Below, in pieces: positions 1 to 11,500 of a DNA stretch of 64,000 nt (positions are counted from its first letter, which is position 1; each line of letters begins with the position of its first letter). The notes beneath the pieces are model-generated. The model saw nothing but the letters and a program-made list of their open reading frames with translations. It ran no database searches and was not told where the DNA came from. The translations under genes and the position numbers were made by a program. This stretch comes from Rebecca billardiae RCC1528 (Eukaryota; Protista; Haptophyta), in the NCBI GenBank assembly GCA_965240325.2, contig OZ251223.1:1984001-2048000 (forward strand), written 5' to 3'.

Positions 1-1269
1 GCGCACGCGATCGCCCCAGCCGGTGAGCGACTGGCCTTCCGTGGCCGGCAAGGAGGCGGCGCGTACAGCGATCATCGCCCGCAGAGCGGCGTCGGTCGCC
101 TCGGCCGCGCGCGCCCCTTGCGCCCACGAGCGCTGCCTGGCGGCCGCCAGCGCCAGATCGCGCGCGGCCGAGGAACCGGCCGGACCCGTCGCGGCGAGAG
201 GAGGCATGCGACGAGGGAGGACGTCCACGAGCGCTGCACACGCAGCGGCGGCCGGCTCGTACAAGTCGGAGCCGGCGAACGCGCCCAAAGGGAACCACTC
301 GCAGCCAGCAGCGAGCATCGGCGAGCGCGGCGGGCGCGTTCGGCTGGGAAGGGCCACGACGTGCGCCTCGCCGCCAAAGCGGCACTCGGCGCCGCGCAGG
401 CGTGTGGCGTAGATGCCCGTCAGCGGCGGGCCACCCGTGAGCGCGCGTGCGACGAGAGACTCGGCCCGTGGGCACGCCTCTGAGCGGGGGCACGACGACG
501 TGGATGAGCCCAGAAAGGAAGTCGGCGCGCCGCCGGGCGCGCGTCGACCGGCAAGGATGAGCGGCGCGTCGGGATCGTCGAGAGCGACGACGAGCGCCAG
601 CAGCGAGGTGCTGGAGTCCGTGGATGCACTGAGCGTGCGTGTCGGCTCGACCCACGCCAGCCGCGATGGCGGCATGCCACCTCCGCTGCGCGCCGCAGGC
701 GCGCGCAGCGGCGGCGGCGCACCGGCGCCGGCAGATGTCGCCGCCTGGCGAGCCCGCGCGTCTCCGCCGACGCGAGGCGGCGGCAGCCGCGAGCGGTCGA
801 GCAGCGCTGAGGCAGCCACGCCCGGCGCCAGCGAAGCGAGAGGCGTGGAGCCGCCCCGCCCCGCCGGCGCGAGCGGCGGCGGCGGCGCATCGCAGCCGAC
901 AGCCGGCGCGGTTGGGCGCGCGCGCTTGGCGCCGTCGACGCGGGGCGGCTGCAGCCGCGCGCGGGCAAGCAGCACGGCAGCACCCACGCCCGCCGTCACC
1001 GCCGCGACTGGCGAGGAGGCGGCAGATGACGAGTCGCCTGCGCGCGCAGCCTCAGCACGCAGCGACCGCGGTGAGGCAGCGGCGGCCAGCCCACCCGGCA
1101 AGGGAGCAGCAGGTGGTACCGCCGGCAGGGGCACCTCGGCGCTCATCGCCGCGCGCGCGGCAGCGCCCGCGGGCCCGGCGGCGACCGCCGCCGCGGACGC
1201 CGGCGAGAGAAGCGGGCAGCAATCCGCCGGCGGGCGCCCACTTAGTGGCCCGTCGGCAAGCCAAAACCC
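1..1269 (-). CDS. ORF2 (pol-like N-terminus, partial) in the -1 frame of ORF1
   Basis: Minus frame with codons spanning 1-3, 4-6 etc. appears open from about 1938 to the window edge (...PSRLAWVEPTRTLS...CEWFPLGAFAGSDLYE...SLTGWGDRVR). It is missing from the ORF track because its stop lies outside the window. Confidence 0.55.
1220..1269 (-). promoter_or_regulatory. Putative programmed -1 ribosomal frameshift signal (G_GGU_UUU plus downstream hairpin)
   Basis: ORF1 codons TCG GGT TTT form an X_XXY_YYZ heptamer (1263-1269). 5 nt downstream, GCCGACGGGCCACTAAGTGGGCGCCCGCCGGC can fold into a GC-rich stem with the ORF1 stop in its loop. Confidence 0.65.
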
Positions 1270-3644
1270 GAGGGCCAAGCGTCGAGAGCATGCTGGGCGA
1301 GGTCGACGGCATCGAGCGAGTGCGCGCCGGCGCCGATCGCGCCGTGGCCGGGTTGGCCCGAACACGGGCAGCGCCGGATGGCCACGTCCGCGAGTGAGGG
1401 CTTGGCCCTGCCGTCGGCGCGCAGCTTCGGGAACCGCGTGGCCACGACCGGCAGGCACGGGTCGACGTGCATCACACTCACGTACGCCGCCGAGAAGGAG
1501 CTCAGGCGGAAGAGGCCCAAGTTGTCCGAGAGCAGCCCGATGCCGAAGCAGTCGTGCGTCTCGGAGACGACATAGCCGACGGGGGGGCCGAAAGGCTTGG
1601 TGTTGAGGATGGTCACCTGCACGTCCGAGCCGTAGCTCGGCGCAGCGGCCGCAGGCCCGCGCGCCAACTGGCGCTGCTTCTTGCTCGGCGGGGGTTGCAG
1701 CTGCGCGCGAGCACGCCCTGGAGCGGTGGGCGACGGCTGCGGTTGCCCGCGCAAGGGGTTGGCCGGGGTGCTCGGGCCGGGGCCTGCCGACTGGCCGGCG
1801 CCCTGGCTGGCGCGGAGAGCGAGCATCCGGTCGACAAACGCCGCGCTCTGGTTCCAGGTGATCATGGTCGCCTGCGTGGAGCGACAGGCCTCGCGGATGG
1901 TGGCCAGCACGACCGACGACGGGTCGAGGAACGGCAGCTCAGGAATGCGCGCGAGCGGGTTGGGGTCGGCGAGGGCGACGCCAAAGCGCGTCTCGAGGTC
2001 AGCGAGCATCTCATTGACCAGAGCGACAGCAGCCGTCACCGCCAGGCCGATGCTGACGGCGGCCTGCAGTTCGACGAGCTTGCCAAAGAAGGAGTCGACC
2101 TCAGAGACGCCGACGTAGCCGAACAGCTTGATCGCCGCATCCTCCACGAGATGGAACATCCGGAGGTCTGTCAGCGTGTCCGAGAGCAGCGCCTCGAGCG
2201 ACACGAACGGCGTCAGCGCGCAGTAAACGGAGTGCTGCGAGAGGGCGGCGGTGAGCGCGTGCGAGAGCTCGACGATGCCCAGCGCCGTGAACTTGCCCGC
2301 CACGAGCGAGGAGCAGAGCTTGGATTCGAGCGTGAATGTCATCGACGCCTGCAGCTCGGGGACGTCCTCCCTGAGTCGCGCGGACAAGGCGCGCGCCAGA
2401 GGGCGGCCCCGCGCGGCCATCGAGAGCGTGATGAGCTGGAGGTTGCCGAGCTGCGAGGACGGGCTGGAGCCGGCGAGGACGCGGCGGATGAGGGTGAACC
2501 TCGACTGCAGCAGGAGGATCTCGCGCTGCCCAGCCGGGCTGGAGGCCGCCTTGAGGTCGAGCTCGCGCCACTCCGGGTTGTCCAGGAGAAGCGAGGCCGA
2601 GCCGGCAGCAGAGGAGCCGCGGTTGCCGCCGAGGCCCGAGCTCTGCGCAGCGGAGCCGCCATCGCCAGAGCCGAGGCCGACGAGCCTGGCGCGGACAAGC
2701 TCGAACGTGGCGCTGCCGCCGTGGTCAGAGATGCTGTCGACGACGCGCGCGACGTGAGAGTTCAGGAGCGCAAAAAGCTCGAACGACCACAGCACCAGCC
2801 CAGAAGAGGGCTGGACGACGGCGGCGAGCTTGTTGACGCACGAGGCGATGAGGTCGGCCGCCGGGGGTTGCGACGCCGAGACCACCAAGGAGAGGCTCGG
2901 GAAGAACGCGATGTACTCGGCGGGCGCGGAGCGGAGCGCCGAGTGTAACTCCTGGGGGGACGCCAGCAAACGCATCGCCTTGGCGAGGAAGACCAGGAGG
3001 TCGTCGGTCGAGTTGGGCAGGCTGGAGAGCAGCGCGCGCATGGAAGCGACGACGCGCACGAACGCATCAACGCGCAGAGCCCAGCTCACCGAAGCCGGAT
3101 ACGACACGCCGGGAGCCGCCCCGGAGTCGAGGATCTGGAGGGCACCGGCCGTCATGTCAAAGGCAGAAGCGTCCGCGAAATCGCCCGTGACGTGGCGCGG
3201 GCCCATGGTGAGCAGCAGGATGCCGAGCGGCGAGAAGAAGTAGCCCTCCAACATGAGGCGCGTCACCTTGAGGGAAGCGAAGGCCTTGAGCTCGGGCGAG
3301 GGCGGGGCGCCGAGGTTGTGCACCGAGAGCTCGATCAGGTCGTCGTCACCCACCACCACCGCCCACGGTGAGGTGCGCGTGCGCTCGAGGAACACAGAGA
3401 GCGAGTTCCCAAAGCCGTGCGTATCCGTCGCGAGCAAATCCAGCGCGCGCAGGATGGCTTGGTCCGTGAGGCCGATGCGGGCGAGCGTGGCTTTGGCGAG
3501 CGAGGTGAGGGGGCGGCCGTCGAGAGGGTCGCCCGCACGCGCAGCGCAAAAGATGAGGCCTTCGACCTGGGACACAGGGACCGACTGCATGGTCGGGTCG
3601 CCCGGGACAGGGGCCGGATCGATCACGCCCTCGTTTTCGGCCAT
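1242..3644 (-). CDS. Gag-like ORF1, 800 aa from first ATG (MAENEGVIDP...)
   Basis: Long ORF with protein-like composition, Pro/Gln-rich basic linker (PPPSKKQRQ) and C-terminal PCLPV...RCPCSGQPGHGAIGAGAH putative zinc-binding motif. Confidence 0.6.
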   Translation of the reverse strand: MAENEGVIDPAPVPGDPTMQSVPVSQVEGLIFCAARAGDPLDGRPLTSLAKATLARIGLTDQAILRALDLLATDTHGFGNSLSVFLERTRTSPWAVVVGDDDLIELSVHNLGAPPSPELKAFASLKVTRLMLEGYFFSPLGILLLTMGPRHVTGDFADASAFDMTAGALQILDSGAAPGVSYPASVSWALRVDAFVRVVASMRALLSSLPNSTDDLLVFLAKAMRLLASPQELHSALRSAPAEYIAFFPSLSLVVSASQPPAADLIASCVNKLAAVVQPSSGLVLWSFELFALLNSHVARVVDSISDHGGSATFELVRARLVGLGSGDGGSAAQSSGLGGNRGSSAAGSASLLLDNPEWRELDLKAASSPAGQREILLLQSRFTLIRRVLAGSSPSSQLGNLQLITLSMAARGRPLARALSARLREDVPELQASMTFTLESKLCSSLVAGKFTALGIVELSHALTAALSQHSVYCALTPFVSLEALLSDTLTDLRMFHLVEDAAIKLFGYVGVSEVDSFFGKLVELQAAVSIGLAVTAAVALVNEMLADLETRFGVALADPNPLARIPELPFLDPSSVVLATIREACRSTQATMITWNQSAAFVDRMLALRASQGAGQSAGPGPSTPANPLRGQPQPSPTAPGRARAQLQPPPSKKQRQLARGPAAAAPSYGSDVQVTILNTKPFGPPVGYVVSETHDCFGIGLLSDNLGLFRLSSFSAAYVSVMHVDPCLPVVATRFPKLRADGRAKPSLADVAIRRCPCSGQPGHGAIGAGAHSLDAVDLAQHALDAWPSGFGLPTGH

Positions 3645-4106
3645 GAAGAGGAGGTGGTGGTTGCCAACGAGCACAAGCAAAGAACGCAGAGGAGATGGCG
3701 GGACCTCGGGCTTTGCAGATGCGCAGGCCGAAGCAGGGGCTGCCGAGAGATGAGCAGCTCGGCCCGAAAGGTCGTGTAACCGATGATCGAGCGAGCTCTG
3801 CTAGGTGGGCTGCTTGATATGAACTTTGGTAAGTTGCCACGCCGACTTAAGATGACCTTGTATATGATCTCGAGCGCCGGATAGTGGAGAGGAGCGGGTA
3901 CTTACAGAGGAGCCAGTGTGGTTGGCCGATATGAAAGGACCAGCGCCCGCCATGATGATGATAAAGGATAGCTCCGTGGCCGATGAGCTCCGGAAATCGA
4001 CTGCAACTACCTGCAGGACCTAGAAGACGATGGCGGCCCTTGTCCACCAGCTGCGCGTTGCCTTTCCAGCCTCCCGACACACTCGGTTATAACTCCGTTA
4101 TAACGC

Positions 4107-4109
<3 letters not shown>

Positions 4110-4178
<69 letters not shown>
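4110..4178. repeat. (TA)n microsatellite
   Basis: Direct reading. Confidence 0.97.
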
Positions 4179-4179
<1 letters not shown>

Positions 4180-4375
4180 TATACGCGAGTCGTACTGCTG
4201 TTTACTTCGTCGTCCGGCGCATGACGAATTAAATCGGTGACACTGACTGACTCATCGCTGACGCGGGCTGACGACGCCGCTGACGGCGGCCCGCTGAGAG
4301 GGGCAGGCGGGCTGCCGGGCTCAGTGGGCCTGTGGCCGAGCAGGTAGGCCGACAGGCCGATCGCGTGTAGGCGGC

Positions 4376-5249
4376 TCACGGTTCGCCGCGCAGCGCCCTT
4401 AATCGCGCAGCGACTTCCGGATCCTCAGGCTCCTCGCGAAGCGCCTTGAGGCGCTTGGCCACCGCTGGGTCCTCCACTTCTGTAGGCTCGTCGAGAGCGT
4501 CGTCGGCAGCGCTGGTGCCCGCGCCACCGCGGGCAGTAGTAGAGCTCGGCCCGGCCTGCGCGCGCCCGCTGTCGCCCGGGCCGCCTTTCCGCTTCTTCGC
4601 GGCCCAGACGGTGTACGGATCGGTCCACCACACCGGCCCGCCGTTGATACCGTCGCCCGATGCGCAGCTCACGCAGCCGGTCAGCACGCTCGGCGCGATG
4701 TGGCCCGTACGCTGCGCAAGGGGTACCCGGCAAATAGCTGCGGTGCCGAAGTTCGTCGAGTTTTTGTTGATCGCGCTCATCGAGCAGAGGATCTCATACC
4801 CAGACTGCCGCCACTTGCTGATCAGTGCCGTGTCAATCACCTTGTGTCTGGCAAGGAAGTCGTACAGCTCCTGCGAGATCTTTCCCTCCTTGTAGTAGAG
4901 CTCGTAGATGTACCTGCGCAGCGCGCAGCACGCAGGCGGCGAGAGGGCGAGGCTGAAGGACATTGCCGGTGCCAAGTACACACCATGCGCACGCAGAACC
5001 CTTCCCTCCCCTTTCCCACTCCCCTCCACGTGTGGCGCCCAGCAGGGGCGGTCGGATGCATCGAGCGACATGCCTGTTCTTCTCGTAGTGAATGCGGTGG
5101 ATGGGCCACTGGCTCTCCGCCTTCCTCTTCCCCTCGTGCGGCTCGTTGACCGCGTCCCTGAGCTTGCTCTCGAAGAAGTCCAGCGACGGCTCGATCAGGT
5201 CCCAGCCCTCCGGCTTCCTCTTGTTGCCTACGCGGACGCGCCACGACAT
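4376..5249 (-). CDS. BUD31: BUD31/G10 spliceosomal protein; exons 5249-5074 and 4913-4376
   Basis: KPEGWDLIEPSL..LRDAVNEPHEGKRKAESQWPIHRIH..R|YIYELYYK..ISQELYDF..LISKWRQSGYEILC..NFGT..ICRVP matches the G10 family. The frames are joined by a 160-nt GC-AG intron. Confidence 0.93.
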
Positions 5250-5514
5250 GCTGGATCAGGGACGCTCGTCCGCCCGTGGCTTGCCGTGGCGGAGCTGCAG
5301 CAAAACATTTGGCGCGACCGCGAGGCTGGCGCCATCGTGACTGAAAGCTCACGGCCTGCGTGTTCGTGTTGTGCGGCTCGGCGCGCGTCCGTGCACGCCC
5401 TGGGCCTGGCGTGCGGGCCGGTCGATCGCGCGAGCACGCGTACGGGCGGCGCCAGCCCTCGCCACTGGCACGTCTGATACCGCCGTGTGCGCTTGACCGC
5501 CACCCTCGGCCACC

Positions 5515-8500
5515 ATGGCGGAGCAGGTCGCGCGCTTCCGGCAGTATGAGTACCGCGCGGTGCGTGCTGCACGTGGCCGCGCGGCGCCCCTGCGCGCGCG
5601 TGGCGACCGCGAGGCTTCACTGCCCGCGGGGTGGCGCTTCACCCGCTCACACTGGGCGCGCGCCCCGCCGACTCTCGCCCCGTCGCCCCGCGCAGACATC
5701 CAACCTCGTGCTCACGAGCAACGTCGAGCGCACGCGACTTGACGAGCCCACGGGTGAGCCGGAGTCGCTGGTGGGCAAGATGAAGGGCACGCGCATGGGC
5801 GACCGCGTGGTGTTCTCGAAGCCGCGCGAGCTCGAGGATGCGCGCAAGCGCAAGGCGGCCAACCTCGACACGCTCGCGCGCAAGAAGGGCAAGGGCTCGG
5901 CGCAGCACGGCGTGCTCCAGTCAGTCGACGACCTCGACTCCTATGTGCCGCGCACCAAGGAGACGCGCGCGGCGTACGAGGCGATCCTGAACGAGATGCA
6001 GCAGCAGCTCGGCGACCAGCCGCAGGACGTGCTGCGCGGCGCGGCGGACGAGGTGCTCGCGTGCCTCAAGAACGACGAGCTGACCGACCCGCAGCGCAAG
6101 GCGGAGATTGAGAAGCTTCTCAACACGCTCCGGCCGGAGCAGTTTGCCAAGCTGGTCGACCTGGGCAAGCGGATCACCGACTTCCTCCGCGACGACGCCG
6201 CGCGCGGCGCGGCGAAGCTCGACGACGAGCTCGGCGTCGCCGTCGTCTTCGACGACGACGACGACGCCGACGAGGAGGCGGAAGGCGAGGGCGGCGCGCA
6301 GCTGCTCGTGGACGAGGACGAGGAGGACGACGAGGACGACGAGGAGGCGGAGGCGGCGCGCGCGGGCGCGGGCGCGGGCACCTCGGCCGCCGGCGCGGAG
6401 GACGAGCGCGCGGGGCTCCGCGCGGCCGAGCAGCAGGACGAGGACGCGGCGGACGGCGGCGGCGCGCGCGGCAAGCGCCCGGCCTCGGGCGCGGCGGGCG
6501 GCGAGCCGGGCGCAGACGCGCTCGCGGCGCAGGCGATCGATGCGCACTGGCTGCAGCGCCAGCTGGCGAAGCACTACACCGACGCGATCGTCGCGCAGCA
6601 GATGGCGACCGACGTGCTCGGCTGCCTGCTCGAGGACGACGACCGCGCCGCTGAGAACTCGCTCGTCGGCCTCCTCGACTTTGACAAGTTCGACCTGGTG
6701 AAGCTGCTGCTGCGGCACCGGTGGAAGGTGGCGTGCTGCGTGCAGCTCGCGCAGGCGCAGTCGGACGAGGAGCGCGCCGCGCTGCGCCAGCGCATGGCGG
6801 CGCGGGCGCAGACCGCGGCGGTGCTGCGCGAGCTCGACGCGGCGAACGTGCGCACCGACGACGTGTTCAACGAGACGCGCCAGCTCGAGCAGCGCATGCG
6901 GCGTGAGGCGGCCGACCTCGCGCGCCGGCAGAAGGCGGACGGCGCGGCGGGCGGCCGCGGCGCGGCCGACGGCGCCGAGGAGCTCGCGCCCCTCGGCGCG
7001 GCGGAGGCGCACCGCGCGCCGGCGCTCGTCGACCTCGAGTCGCTCAAGTTCGACGCCGGCGGGCACACCATGACCAACCGGCAGTGCAAGCTGCCCGCCG
7101 GCTCGTTCCGCACGCAGCGCAAGGGCTACGAGGAGGTGCACGTGCCCGCGCTGATGGCGCCGCCGCCCGGCCCCGACGAGCGGCTCGTGCCGCTCACCGA
7201 GCTGCCGGCGTGGGCGCAGCCCGCGTTCCGCGGGATGGGCACGCTCAACCGCGTGCAGAGCCGCGTGTACAAGTCGGCGCTCTTCGAGGCCGACAACATG
7301 CTCGTGTGCGCGCCGACGGGCGCGGGCAAGACGAACGTGGCGCTGCTGACCGTGCTGCACGAGTTTGGGCTGCACCTCGCGGAGGGCGGCGACGGCGTCG
7401 TGGCCGACGTGGACGCGGAGCCCGGCGAGGGCGGCGAGCGGCCGCACAAGGTGCCGCTGCGGCTGGACGAGTTCAAGGTCGTCTACATCGCGCCGATGAA
7501 GGCGCTCGTGCAGGAGGTCGTGACCAACTTTTCGAAGCGGCTGGGGCCGTACGGCGTGACGGTGCGCGAGCTGACGGGCGACTCGCAGCTCACCAAGGCG
7601 CAGATCGCCGAGACGCAGATCATCGTGACGACGCCGGAGAAGTGGGACATCGTCACGCGCAAGTCGGGCGAGCGCACGTACACGCAGCTCGTGCGCCTCG
7701 TCATCATCGACGAGATCCACCTGCTGCACGACGACCGCGGCGCGGTGCTCGAGGCGATCATCGCGCGCATCCTGCGGCAGGTCGAGAGCTCGATGGAGAT
7801 GACGCGGATCGTGGGGATCTCGGCGACGCTGCCCAACTTCGAGGACGTGGCGACGCTGCTGCGCGTGCACCCGGAGCGCGGCCTCTTCTTCTTCGACAAC
7901 TCGTTCCGCCCCGTGCCGCTGCAGCAGCAGTACATCGGCATCTCGGAGAAGAAGGCCATCAAGCGGTACCAGCTGATGAACCAGCTGTGCTACGAGAAGG
8001 TCCTCGCGCAGGCCGAGCAGAGCAACCAGGTGCTCATCTTCGTGCACTCGCGGAAGGAGACGGCGAAGACGGCGCGCTCGATCCGCGACATCGCCCTCGA
8101 CAGCGCCACGCTCGGCACCTTCCTCGACGACACCTCCGGCTCGCGCGAGATCCTGACCGAGGAGGCGGCGCGCGTGAAGTCGCCCGAGCTCGCCGAGCTG
8201 CTGCAGTACGGCTTCGCCATCCACCACGCGGGGCTGGCGCGCGTGGACCGCGAGGCGGTGGAGGACCTGTTCGCGGACGGGCACGTGAAGGTGCTCGTCT
8301 CCACCGCCACGCTCGCGTGGGGCGTCAACCTGCCCGCGCACACCGTGATCATCAAGGGCACGCAGGTGTACAACCCGGAGCGCGGCGCGTGGGTCGAGCT
8401 CTCGCCGCTCGACATGATGCAGATGATCGGCCGCGCGGGCCGGCCGCAGCACGACACGGAGGGCGAGGGGATCATCCTCACGACGCACTCGGAGCTGCAG

Positions 8501-11500
8501 TACTACCTCTCCCTGCTCAACCAGCAGCTGCCCATCGAGTCGCAGTTCATCTCCAAGCTCGCGGACAACCTGAACGCGGAGGTCGTGCTCGGCTCGGTGC
8601 ACACGGCGCGCGAGGGCGTCGAGTGGCTCGGCTACACGTACCTCTTCATCCGCATGCTGCGCAACCCGGCGCTGTACGGCGCGTCGGCGGCGGAGGCGCG
8701 CGAGGACGAGCTGCTCGAGGCGCGGCGCGCCGACCTCATCCACTCCGCCGCGACCGTGCTCGACCGCGCCGGCCTCTGCCGGTACGTGCGCAAGACCGGC
8801 CAGCTGCAGCCGACCGACCTCGGCCGCGTCGCCGCCTACTACTACGTCGGCCACGAGACCATGTCGCTGTACAACGAGTTCCTCAAGCCGACGCTGTCGG
8901 ACATCGAGGTGTTCCGGCTGTTCGCGCTCTCGCGCGAGTTCGCCTCGATGAGCGTGCGCGAGGAGGAGAAGCAGGAGCTGCTCAAGCTCGTCGAGCGCGT
9001 GCCGGTGCCGGTGAAGGAGGGCGTGGACGAGCCGACCGCCAAGGTGAACGTGCTGCTGCAGGCGTACATTTCGCAGCTCAAGCTCGACGGGTTCGCGCTC
9101 GCGGCGGACATGGTGTACGTGACGCAGTCGGCCGCCCGGCTGCTCCGCGCGCTGCACGAGGTCGCGCTCAAGCGCGGCTGGGCCGGCCTCGCCGAGAAGC
9201 TGCTGACGACCTGCCTGATGGTCGACAGGCGCATGTGGCTCTCGCAGTCGCCGCTGCGCCAGTTCAAGAATGCGCGCGGCGAGCTCACGCTGCCCGACGA
9301 CATCATCAAGAAGATCGAGAAGAAGGACTTCCCGTGGGAGCGGTTCTACGACCTGCAGCCGCACGAGATCGGCGAGCTCGTCCGCTTCCCCAAGATGGGC
9401 AAGACGATCCACCGGCTGGTGCACCAGTTCCCGAGGCTCGAGCTGTCGGCGCACGTGCAGCCGATCACGCGCACCGTGCTGCGCGTCGAGCTCACCATCA
9501 CGCCCGACTTCCAGTTCGAGTTCAAGGTGCACGGCGGCGCGGAGTCGTTCCACGTGCTCGTCGAGGACGTCGACGGCGAGTCGATCCTGCACCACGAGCT
9601 CTTCCTCCTCAAGCACAAGTTCGCGGAGGAGGACCACACGCTCGCGTTCACCGTGCCCCTCTCCGACCCGCTGCCGCCGCAGTACTTTGTGCGCGTGATC
9701 TCCGACCGCTGGCTCGGCTCGGAGACGGTGCTGCCGATCTCGTTCCGCCACCTGATCCTGCCGGAGAAGTACGCGCCGCCGACCGAGCTGCTCGACCTGC
9801 AGCCGCTCCCCGCCTCCGCCGTCGGCGCCGAGTACGGCGGCTACTTCGCCGAGCGGTTCTCGCACTTCAACCCGATCCAGACGCAGACGTTCCAGCCGCT
9901 GTGCGCGACCGACGACAACGTGCTCGTGTGCGCGCCGTCGGGCTCGGGGAAGACGGTGTGCGCCGAGCTCGCGATCCTGCGCATGCTGCAGCGGCACGGC
10001 CGCGAGGGCGGCGCGCGCTGCCTCTACCTCGCGCCGCTCGACGAGATCGCCGCCGAGCGGTACGCTGACTGGGCGTCTGGGCTGGGCCCCAAGCTCGGCC
10101 TCACGGTCGTGCGGCTGTGCGGCGAGACGGCGTCCGACCTCAAGCTGCTGGAGAAGGGGCAGCTGATCGTCGCGACGGCGCAGCAGTGGGACGTGCTCTC
10201 GCGCCGGTGGAAGCAGCGGCGCAACGTCCAGGCCGTGCGCCTCGTCGTGTGCGACGAGCTCCACCTGATCGGCGGCGACGTGGGGCCGACGCTCGAGATT
10301 GTCGCCTCGCGCATGCGCTACATTGCGGCGCAGACGGACGCGCCCATCCGGATGCTCGGGCTCGCGACGAGCCTGGCGAACGCGCGCGACGTGGGCGAGT
10401 GGCTCGGCGCGGGCGCGGGCGGCGTGTTCAACTTCCACCCCTCGGTGCGCCCCGTCCCGCTCGACGTGCACATCCAGGGCTTCGACATTGCGCACGTGCC
10501 GCAGCGGCTGCTCGCGATGGCCAAGCCGCTCTACTTCGCCCTGGGCTCGTACTCGAGCGCGGACAAGCCGGCGCTCGTGTTCGTGCCGTCGGCGAAGCAG
10601 GCGCAGCTCACGGCGGTGGACGTGCTCACGTTCGCCAAGAACGCGGGCACCCCCGACCGCTTCCTCCACCTCTCCGCCGCCGACCTCGCGCCGCACCTCG
10701 CGAAGATCACCGACCCGGCCGCGCGCCACCTCGCCGAGCGCGGCGTGTGCGTGCTGCACGAGCACATGGGCGCGGAGGAGCGGCGCGTGCTCGAGGCGCT
10801 GTTCGACGCGGGGGCGATCTCGCTGTGCATCGTGACCCACTCGCTCTGCTGGGGGCTGCCGCTCAAGGCGCACCTCGTCGTCCTCCTCGACACGCAGTTC
10901 TTCGACGGCGCGGAGCACCGGTACGCTGATTACCCGCTCACGTCGCTCCTGCAGATGATGGCGCGCGCGAGCAGGCCGCAGCTCGACGACTCGGGCCGCT
11001 GCGTGATCCTGTGCCACACGCCGAAGAAGGCGTTCTTCAAGAAGTTCCTGTACGAGCCGCTCCCCGTCGAGTCGCACGTGCACCACTTCCTGCACGACCA
11101 CCTCTGCGCCGAGGTGGTGACGAAGACGGTCGAGAACAAGCAGGACGCGGTCGACTACCTCACGTGGACCTTCATGTACCGCAGGCTCACGCAGAACCCC
11201 AACTACTACAACCTCACCGGCGCGAGCCATCGGCACCTCTCGGACTACCTGTCCGAGCTCGTCGAGACGACGCTGTCCGATCTCGACCAGGCGCGATGCA
11301 TCGCCATCGACGTGCGCGCACTCGCCGCGCCGCCGCCGCGCGCGCCGCGCCGCCGCCGCCGCCGCGGCGCCCCGCCCGCCCTGCGACGGCCGCCCCGCCT
11401 CCCTCCCTCCTCCCTCTCAGCCGCGCACGCGCCCTCGCGCCTCGCGCGCGGCGCGCGCGCGCAGGAGGACGGGATGGACGTCTCGCCGCTCAACCTGGGG

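Larger units (their letters stand above)
1..4109 (-). mobile_element. 5' part of a probable retrotransposon (gag-like ORF1 plus frameshifted ORF2 running off the window); superfamily unresolved, DIRS/Ngaro type suspected
   Basis: Two long intronless overlapping minus-strand frames linked by a GGGTTTT slippery site. ORF1 ends in a Cys/His motif. The upstream end (TGTGGCGTTATAAC...) abuts a (TA)n tract. No RT, integrase or recombinase motif lies inside the window. Confidence 0.55.

Noticed and set aside
5921-11236. 1771-aa antisense ORF and many other long overlapping ORFs (e.g. 17747-19927, 30074-31825, 32940-35579)
   Set aside because: Shadows of real genes caused by extreme GC3 bias; no independent motifs.
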